Of a stretch of 64,000 bases of DNA, positions 55,197-61,904 are shown piece by piece. Position 1 is the first letter of the stretch. Each line of letters begins with the position of its first letter. This DNA comes from an uncultured Lachnospiraceae bacterium. GTDB taxonomy: Bacteria; Bacillota; Clostridia; Lachnospirales; Lachnospiraceae. The DNA is taken from the NCBI GenBank assembly GCA_902785635.1, contig CACZZH010000001.1:14229-78228 (forward strand), read 5' to 3'. The position numbers and the translations under genes are program-made. Below the pieces are notes generated by a model. That model was not told where the DNA came from. It did no database searches and worked only from the letters and a program-made list of their open reading frames with translations.

Positions 55197-55907
55197 ATGA
55201 ATAAAAACAATAAATACTGGCTCCTGCGCGGACTGCGCAGCGGCATCCCGATCGCACTGGGTTATTTTGCGGTAGCCTTTGCACTGGGAATCACCGCCCG
55301 CAATGCGGGCATGAGTGCATTGCAATCCGGCGTAATGTCTCTATGTATGCTTGCATCAGCCGGAGAGTACGCAGCTGTTACTCTGATCGCCTCCGGAGCA
55401 GGTATTCTGGAAATGATCTTTACGACCATCGTTGTAAATCTTCGGTATTTCCTGATGGGATGTGCGCTGTCCCAGAAGCTGGATGAGCATATTCCCCTGA
55501 TACACCGCTTTCTGCTCTCCTACTGCATTACAGATGAGCTGTTCGGGATCTGTATTGCCCAGGAGGGACGGCTTGCTCCTGTATTTGCCTATGCGGCTGC
55601 CTGTGTTTCCGCCATTGGCTGGACCAGCGGTACCGTGCTCGGGGTCCTGATGGGCAATATTCTGCCGCATGCAGCGGTCGATGCGCTCTCCGTAGCGCTT
55701 TACGGAATGTTTCTGGCCGTTATCATCCCTGCATCCAGAAAAGACCGCTTTATCGCAGGCATCGTGATCATCTCCATGGCAGCGAGCTGGCTGTTTACAG
55801 TGATTCCCGTCCTGTCTCACATCTCTTCCGGTTTCCGGGTGATCATTCTCACGCTTCTGATCGCAGGGGCTGCCGCATGGATCCATCCCATTCCGGAAGA
55901 AACCTGA
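55197..55907 (+). CDS. azlC: AzlC-family branched-chain amino-acid exporter subunit
   Basis: GIPIALGYFAVAFALGI…SAGEYAA blocks. Followed by a small AzlD-like partner. Confidence 0.8.
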   Translation: MNKNNKYWLLRGLRSGIPIALGYFAVAFALGITARNAGMSALQSGVMSLCMLASAGEYAAVTLIASGAGILEMIFTTIVVNLRYFLMGCALSQKLDEHIPLIHRFLLSYCITDELFGICIAQEGRLAPVFAYAAACVSAIGWTSGTVLGVLMGNILPHAAVDALSVALYGMFLAVIIPASRKDRFIAGIVIISMAASWLFTVIPVLSHISSGFRVIILTLLIAGAAAWIHPIPEET

Positions 55908-55929
55908 CTGCCAAGGAGGTGTCAAATTT

Positions 55930-56238
55930 ATGAAATCATTAAACACCTGGGGCTCACTGCTGGTCATCATCCTGGTGATCTACAGCGTCCGGCTGCTCCC
56001 CATGCTTCTTCTCCGGAGAAACATCACCAACCGCCGGGTACGCTCTTTCCTCCATTATGTCCCCTACGTCACGCTTGCCGTAATGACTTTTCCCGCCATT
56101 GTGCTGGCCACGGATCATCTCTCCTGCGGTCTGGCAGCCCTGATCGTCGGCCTGGTCACGGCATGGATATGGGGCGACCTTTTTGTGGTGGCTGTGAGCT
56201 GCTGCCTCGCGGTATTCCTGTGCGGTCTGATTCTCTGA
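55930..56238 (+). CDS. azlD: AzlD-family small membrane protein
   Basis: 102-aa, 3-4 TM protein immediately after azlC. AGGAGG ribosome-binding site. Confidence 0.7.
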   Translation: MKSLNTWGSLLVIILVIYSVRLLPMLLLRRNITNRRVRSFLHYVPYVTLAVMTFPAIVLATDHLSCGLAALIVGLVTAWIWGDLFVVAVSCCLAVFLCGLIL

Positions 56239-56295
56239 AACGGAATGATGTGACAGTCAGAAATGATACCAGGACCTGATGACACGAAATACTGG

Positions 56296-56324
56296 TTGTG
56301 TACATTTTTCATATCTGATATACT
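56296..56324 (+). promoter_or_regulatory. Candidate promoter for the HNH gene
   Basis: TTGTGT-17 nt-TATACT. Confidence 0.3.
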
Positions 56325-56364
56325 GTGACAGGCTGGTTCCAAGTTTTACTCAATGGAGGTAAAC

Positions 56365-58113
56365 ATGCCATTTATTATTACCAATGGCAGCTCGTATTGT
56401 CATAAGACACGTACTCAGGCGGTAGAGATCGTGAATGACAATGCATCTGCCACCAGATTTTCAAGCAGGGCTTCTGCTGAAAAGCTGCTGCAGCGGGCGA
56501 CCAAAAAGCTCAAAGGCTTTGAGATCGTTGAACTGCAGTCAGACAGCCGTGTTCCTCTCACGCCCAAAAAGGCAGAAAATCCTGTCATGCCAAAGGCGGA
56601 AGAGTCCGGAAAAAGCGCTGCTGAAGATGGTCAGAGCGGCAGCTCCGCCCAGAATCAGACATCCGCGTCAAAGCGGCGCCGCGGAAGACCGAAAAAGGAA
56701 GTCGCCGCTTTGGATGTGCAGCCGGCCGTATCTGAGGAAAAAAAGGAAGTTTCCGAAGATCCTGTCAGAGAAACCGCTGTGAAGCAGGCTCCCCCACAGG
56801 AGCCGGTCCCGGAACCTTCCGGGAAGCAGAACAATAAGAAGCCTTCCGAAAAAGAGATCATCCCACAGCAGCCTGTAAATGAAAATCTTCCGGAATCCGC
56901 TGCAAAAGTGAACACATCGTCGCAGCCCCGGGAGAAAAAGCCTGCTCCCGAACGGAAAAAAAGCTTTTTCCCTGTTGTCCGGGATATTCAGGCTGCCAGT
57001 GCCAGTCTCTGGGGAGATGCACCGATCGTTCAGCCCGGCCTGAAAAAGAACCGGGCGGCGAACGAGACACAGGCATCTGCACGTGAGGCATCTGATGAAG
57101 ATTCATCCCGGGAAAAACATGCGGAAGATTCCCGCCGCGGGAAGAACCGCCGGGAAGATCTTCGTTCTGCAGAAGTGAATTCTGAGGAAACTGCAGCTGT
57201 GCAGATCGCTCCTGTATCGGAGGAAACTCCTGCTGCACAGACCGCACCTGATGTGAAGGCTGCTCCGGCTGCGCAGGCCGCACCTGATGTGAAGGCTGCT
57301 CCGGCTGCGCAGGCCGCACCTGATGTGAAGGCTGCTCCGGCTGCGCAGACCGCTCCTGATATGGACACTGCTCCCGCTGTGGATACTGTTCCCGCCGTGG
57401 AGGGTGCTCCGGCTGTACCCAGTGCTCCGGCAGGGGAAAGCTCCGCCAGGGAAAACACCATGCAGGAACCATTCGCAGATCGTTCTTCTGAATCCTTCCG
57501 GCGCAGGTCCGAGCAAATGAGAGAAACCAGTGAAAAGCGTTCAAACCGCAGACGCAGCAATCGTCGGGGGCAGGCATCCAGAAACATGGATTCCGCTGCC
57601 GTCGAAACACTTCCTTCCAGCGCTGAAGATATCTTTTCATCTGACCCGCTGCCGCAGGGAAAATCTTCCGCCGCCAACACCTTCCGGGAGGACTCTGAGA
57701 CCAGACAGGGAACCGGCAAGATCAGGTCCACCGGGAAACGGATCGGAAAAGTTTCCGGCAACATCCACAACGCAAGAACCGACAATGAAACTTCCCAGTC
57801 AAAAAGACGGTTTTTTACAACAAAAGAGCGTAACATGATCTATAACCGTTCTGAGGGACATTGCGGTATCTGCGGAAGATTTATTCCTCTTGAGGAATAT
57901 ACCATTGATCACATCATCCCTCTGTCCAAAGGGGGGACCAATGATCTTGACAATCTGCAGGCTTGCTGCGGTTTCTGCAACAAAGCCAAGGATGACAGCA
58001 TGGGAGAAGAGTTCTTCGACAGAATTCAGCGTATTTTCTTATATCAGGCAAAACTCCGGTATGGGAAAAAGCAGTTCAAGCAGCTGAAAAAAACATTAAA
58101 AGAGCTGGAGTAA
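56365..58113 (+). CDS. HNH endonuclease-domain protein with an N-terminal ~60-aa domain, an AT-hook and a ~420-aa low-complexity region
   Basis: C-terminal HCGICG…DHIIPLSKGGTNDLDNLQACCGFCNKAK (HNH with two CxxC pairs). KRRRGRPKK at 56671-56697. Pro/Ala/Glu/Ser-rich middle with tandem repeats. ATG at 56365 follows GGAGG. Confidence 0.7.
   Translation: MPFIITNGSSYCHKTRTQAVEIVNDNASATRFSSRASAEKLLQRATKKLKGFEIVELQSDSRVPLTPKKAENPVMPKAEESGKSAAEDGQSGSSAQNQTSASKRRRGRPKKEVAALDVQPAVSEEKKEVSEDPVRETAVKQAPPQEPVPEPSGKQNNKKPSEKEIIPQQPVNENLPESAAKVNTSSQPREKKPAPERKKSFFPVVRDIQAASASLWGDAPIVQPGLKKNRAANETQASAREASDEDSSREKHAEDSRRGKNRREDLRSAEVNSEETAAVQIAPVSEETPAAQTAPDVKAAPAAQAAPDVKAAPAAQAAPDVKAAPAAQTAPDMDTAPAVDTVPAVEGAPAVPSAPAGESSARENTMQEPFADRSSESFRRRSEQMRETSEKRSNRRRSNRRGQASRNMDSAAVETLPSSAEDIFSSDPLPQGKSSAANTFREDSETRQGTGKIRSTGKRIGKVSGNIHNARTDNETSQSKRRFFTTKERNMIYNRSEGHCGICGRFIPLEEYTIDHIIPLSKGGTNDLDNLQACCGFCNKAKDDSMGEEFFDRIQRIFLYQAKLRYGKKQFKQLKKTLKELE
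57235..57378 (+). repeat. 36-bp x4 in-frame tandem repeat (AQ[AT]APDVKAAPA units)
   Basis: gcgcaggccgcacctgatgtgaaggctgctccggct occurs in three near-identical copies plus a diverged fourth. Confidence 0.9.
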
Positions 58114-58123
58114 ATAAGTACGG

Positions 58124-58180
58124 AAAAGGCCGGTGGCTAAGCATGAGCATTCTTCGCTCAGCTCCACCGGCCTTTTTCTT
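58124..58180. terminator. Bidirectional rho-independent terminator (HNH gene / RayT-like gene)
   Basis: AAAAGGCCGGTGG-27 nt (with an inner stem)-CCACCGGCCTTTTTC. Confidence 0.7.
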
Positions 58181-58215
58181 TCCTGCCAGCATGTTCCTTA
58201 CTTCAGATGTATACG

Positions 58216-58794
58216 TCAGCGATTATAACCATGGTTCTTCCCAAACTCCTGCAGATATGCTTTTCTTGCGATCCTTGTCAGTTCCTTTCTCGCCCTGCCG
58301 CTGTCATAACTGATCGTTGAAAGCAGCAGTTCCTGATCAATAAAATCCCAGCAATAATGTCCCAGATACATCTGGGCGGAGCTCCACCAGTAATCCGCTG
58401 CCCAGTCTACATATCCCTCTCTTCTGGGCAGAAGATGCAGACGGATGCTGTTTTCCACCAGCTGATCCGTTCCAAAAAGCGGCACTGCCCGGACCCGGAC
58501 CCGGGGCAGTCCGCTGCATGCATGCCGGTGTTCATAATACGGAAGGAATACCTGATTAAATCCGTTAAGGATGCGCTCATCAGGATCGATATCATCTGCC
58601 TTTGAATTGAGTACCAGATGCAATTCCGAATCTGTCAGAACAAATGCGATTCCGCGGTATCCGGGCGGATCCAGTATCCCTTTCAAAGTCTTCAGAAAAT
58701 GAAATTTGTCGATTTCGTCTGCAAATATGTGCTGATCTGTGACCAGAGAAGTAAGAAATGTGCGGCCGGAAAGAACCGCTGCTTTTTTATACAT
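58216..58794 (-). CDS. IS200/RayT (Y1 HUH transposase)-like protein with degenerate catalytic motifs
   Basis: ELHLVL sits where HUH is expected. IRLHLLPRREGYVDWAADYWWSSAQMYLG resembles the RayT Y-x-x-x-NP…DYPWSS block but lacks the Tyr. GGGAGGAA ribosome-binding site. Confidence 0.5.
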   Translation of the reverse strand: MYKKAAVLSGRTFLTSLVTDQHIFADEIDKFHFLKTLKGILDPPGYRGIAFVLTDSELHLVLNSKADDIDPDERILNGFNQVFLPYYEHRHACSGLPRVRVRAVPLFGTDQLVENSIRLHLLPRREGYVDWAADYWWSSAQMYLGHYCWDFIDQELLLSTISYDSGRARKELTRIARKAYLQEFGKNHGYNR

Positions 58795-58911
58795 GGCAGG
58801 TTCCTCCCTGATTTTTTGTGGGAACAGAATATCATATTTTCATTTATTATTCAACATCAAAATACATTATGCAACATAACGTTGCGTTTATCACACTTTG
58901 CTTATACATTG

Positions 58912-58967
58912 TAAAAAGCAGGAAACCTCTCTGTCACTGCTGACAAAGAGCGGTTTCCTGCTTTTCT
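58912..58967. terminator. Rho-independent terminator after the CapA-like gene (bidirectional shape)
   Basis: AAAAAGCAGGAAACC-24 nt-GGTTTCCTGCTTTTC. Confidence 0.7.
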
Positions 58968-59023
58968 TCATTTTAATTTTCAATTTCAGATTGCCGATGG
59001 CTGCACCCGGAAGGGAATCATAT

Positions 59024-61894
59024 TTACGGCAGCTGTGTTCCCAGCTGCTGGCTCATCTCCCGGATCCGGTTCATGATCCGGTCCTGTTCCGTTCCTGTGG
59101 CCGGTGTCGGCTGATAATTGTTGCGTCCGCTCTCGGAAGAAACACTGCACGGAATGATCTTGATATCCCCGGGCGTGATGGTTCCGTCCTGAGTGACTGT
59201 AAAGGACTGCTGGAAGATCATGGTATCCTTGTCGGTAGGATTGGAGTTTCCGCCAAAGCAGAAATTCGCCAGACTGTAGGCAATGTACTTTCCTTTATAC
59301 AGCTCGATTCCCTGAAGCACATGCGGATGATGCCCGACTACAAGATCTGCACCATTGTCGATCGCCAGATGGGCAAGCGTCTGCTGGATGTCATCCGGTG
59401 CATTGCTGGCCTCGCTCCCCCAGTGGAACGCAACGACCACAAGCCGGGCGCCGTTATTTCTGGCTTCTCTTATCGTGCTGAGCACCTGCTGTTCCCGCTC
59501 CAGGCCGTCTGCCAGGACATAGATCCCGATCAGGCCGATCTTTACGCCTTCCGCTTCCACATACGCGATCTTATCACCGTAGCACCACGCAATGCCGGCT
59601 TCATCCAGATACTTCTGGGTATCCGCCAGACTCACATCGCCGTAATCCCTGCTGTGGTTGTTGGCAAGCGTCACAGCCTCGACGCTTCCGTCCAGAAGGA
59701 TCTGCGTGTATGAGGGATCTCCGCGGAATGCGTACTCTTTGCTCTCCCGTACACCCTGATTCGTCAGGGTTCCTTCCAGGTTACCGAAGGTAAGGTCGTC
59801 TGCCGCAAAAATGCTTTTCACATTTGCGAAGAAATAGCTGCTGTCATTGGCATTATACGTTTCAGTAAAACTGCCTGCCGGGTTGAAGTTTTCATCATCT
59901 CCGAGCGTAATATCTCCCACCGTGGTGATCGTCAGCTCCGCTTCCGAACGCACCTCGATCTGGCAGGAGGCAGGCTGCAGGCCGGGTGCGGATGCCTGGA
60001 TCTTTGCGGTCCCCTCGGCGATTCCGCGGATACGCCCGTTTTTCTCCAGTGCGATCACGGAGCCGTCACTGTTGGTGAGCGTCAGATCCGATACGTACGC
60101 ATGCTCCGGCTCTGTCCGGACCGTAACATAACTGCTTTCGCCCGGGAACAAATGGATCTCATCCGCTGCGAAACGGATCTCCACAGATTTACTGAAATCC
60201 GTCACTACCGGGATCGACATGTTTCCGGCATTATCCTGTGCAACGCAGCTGTATACCACGCCCTCTTCCGGGGCGAAGGGCTGCGAATAGAGCCGATAAG
60301 CGGGCACATTTGAGAAGCCCGTGATCTCTCCGTAATAGATGGCTGCTGTTCCGGACAGATCGTCGGATGCTTCGAGGCTGATCCTTCCTCCTTCTTCCCG
60401 GATCTGAAGGTCCGGTGCATTGGAGTCGATCCACTCGAACTCAGTCCTGGCTGTCAGTACTTCCTCTTCACATACGACCATCAGTTCCAGATACCGGTCA
60501 TCTGCCCTGTATGTGATCGAAGTCCGGTCGGTTCCCTCAAATTCCTGCGCATTTCCATTGATACTGATGGACTGGATCGGTCCGGGGGCTTTCACGGAAA
60601 GTGTCACATCTCCGGAATTGACCCATTCACCGGGCTCATGCACAACTTTTACGGTCAGTCCTTCATCCGACTCGATCGTTCTGCCGGCAGTCCGGCTTCC
60701 CAGAAGCCGGACTGCCATGACGGCGATCAGAATCAGCAGCACGGCACCGGCTCCGATCATGACCAGTTCCTTTGCGGCAATGCCTTTATCCCGGAGGCGC
60801 TGCATGAAGCCTTCCTTATCCTCATCGAAAGCATCCTCTCCGGCCTGTTCTTCCGGCTCCGGAAGTACCTTTTCGGAAGGAGCACTGTCTTTTTCAGCTT
60901 CCTCCGTTTCCCCGTCAGCGTCTTTCACACCGTCTTCCGGATGTTCTTCCCCGTCAGCTTCTTTTGCGCCTTCCTCCGGATGTTCTTCCCCGTCAGAGTT
61001 CTTTTCACCTTCCGCGGCAGAATCCTCTGCTGCAGGTTCCTCTGCTGGCTCTTCACCGGAAGGAGCTGCTTCTTTTTCAGCCTCTTTCTCTTCCTCAGGT
61101 TCGGATACCGCTGTTTCTTCCATAGCGGCTTCCTGCCCGGAGGTCTTCTCCGGATCCGGTTCCTCTTCCCCGTCAGTCTCAGATTCCGGAATTTCTTCCT
61201 CCCGGTGTTCCTCGGCTTTTGCAGCTGCGCGCTTTTCTTTTGCGTCCCGGGCCTTCTCCCTGCCTTTTTCAGCAGCGTCCTTTATCCTGCTGCCGATTCC
61301 GCCGATCGCACCGGCAAGGAATCCCCAGACCTTTCCGTCACCGCCGTCTGCAAGGAAGTCCTCCGTAAAGAAATCCGCATCGCTTTCATATTCGGGCGGC
61401 TCCACGGGAACAGTGTTTCTTTTCTTCGCACTTTTTGGCTCCTGTTCCTCTTCCCGCACTTCCTCCTGTGGCTCGTCCTCCGATTCCGGCAGAATCTGCG
61501 GTTCTTTTTTGCCTTCCCGGTATTTTTCCGGACGTTTCGGCTGTACCCGCTCCCTTTCTTTGGGAATCACCGAAATAAAGCTGTCCTCTTCCAAAGTCCC
61601 GGTCTCTGTCTCCGGAGCTTCCTCCGGAAGCTTCCAGGCAGTCTTTTCAGATGGCTTTTCCGCCTCTTTGGGAGACGGCTTTTCCGCTTCTTCAACAGGA
61701 GCCTTTTCTGCCTTTTTATTCACACGGGTTTTCCGCTTTTCCTTCTTTTTGGCGGGACGTTCCTTCGGCTCATCGGAACTTTCATTCTTCTTCGGATCAA
61801 AGGTGATCCGGACCGTTTTGCTTCTGGTCTCGCCCTCCGCTTCGGCTTTCTCTGCCAGCTCCCTGAGCAATGCCTTGATTTCTTCGTTCGTCAT
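59024..61894 (-). CDS. Membrane protein: ~395-aa acidic low-complexity cytoplasmic region, one TM, Ig-like (Big_2-like) region, C-terminal CapA/PGA_cap metallophosphatase-like domain
   Basis: TM is LVMIGAGAVLLILIAVMAVRLL. GIAEGTAKIQASAPG is Ig-like. CapA blocks are TVGDITLGDD, GNLEGTL, LANNHSRDYG, FHWGSE, GHHPHVLQG. ATG at 61894 follows AGGAAAGAG, just after the purL stop. Confidence 0.75.
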   Translation of the reverse strand: MTNEEIKALLRELAEKAEAEGETRSKTVRITFDPKKNESSDEPKERPAKKKEKRKTRVNKKAEKAPVEEAEKPSPKEAEKPSEKTAWKLPEEAPETETGTLEEDSFISVIPKERERVQPKRPEKYREGKKEPQILPESEDEPQEEVREEEQEPKSAKKRNTVPVEPPEYESDADFFTEDFLADGGDGKVWGFLAGAIGGIGSRIKDAAEKGREKARDAKEKRAAAKAEEHREEEIPESETDGEEEPDPEKTSGQEAAMEETAVSEPEEEKEAEKEAAPSGEEPAEEPAAEDSAAEGEKNSDGEEHPEEGAKEADGEEHPEDGVKDADGETEEAEKDSAPSEKVLPEPEEQAGEDAFDEDKEGFMQRLRDKGIAAKELVMIGAGAVLLILIAVMAVRLLGSRTAGRTIESDEGLTVKVVHEPGEWVNSGDVTLSVKAPGPIQSISINGNAQEFEGTDRTSITYRADDRYLELMVVCEEEVLTARTEFEWIDSNAPDLQIREEGGRISLEASDDLSGTAAIYYGEITGFSNVPAYRLYSQPFAPEEGVVYSCVAQDNAGNMSIPVVTDFSKSVEIRFAADEIHLFPGESSYVTVRTEPEHAYVSDLTLTNSDGSVIALEKNGRIRGIAEGTAKIQASAPGLQPASCQIEVRSEAELTITTVGDITLGDDENFNPAGSFTETYNANDSSYFFANVKSIFAADDLTFGNLEGTLTNQGVRESKEYAFRGDPSYTQILLDGSVEAVTLANNHSRDYGDVSLADTQKYLDEAGIAWCYGDKIAYVEAEGVKIGLIGIYVLADGLEREQQVLSTIREARNNGARLVVVAFHWGSEASNAPDDIQQTLAHLAIDNGADLVVGHHPHVLQGIELYKGKYIAYSLANFCFGGNSNPTDKDTMIFQQSFTVTQDGTITPGDIKIIPCSVSSESGRNNYQPTPATGTEQDRIMNRIREMSQQLGTQLP

Positions 61895-61904
61895 GGTCTC
61901 TTTC

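Noticed and set aside
56858-57836. Two long minus-strand ORFs (260 and 268 aa) and one of 137 aa inside the HNH gene repeat region.
   Set aside because: They are antisense to the repeat-rich low-complexity part of the HNH gene. They are open only because of biased composition. They have no ribosome-binding site and no terminator logic.
58124-58967. The RayT-like gene flanked by GC-rich hairpins as a REP/IS200-type mobile element.
   Set aside because: The two hairpins share no sequence and each has A/T runs typical of bidirectional terminators. There are no target-site or terminal-structure similarities and no second copy in the window. The catalytic motifs are degenerate.
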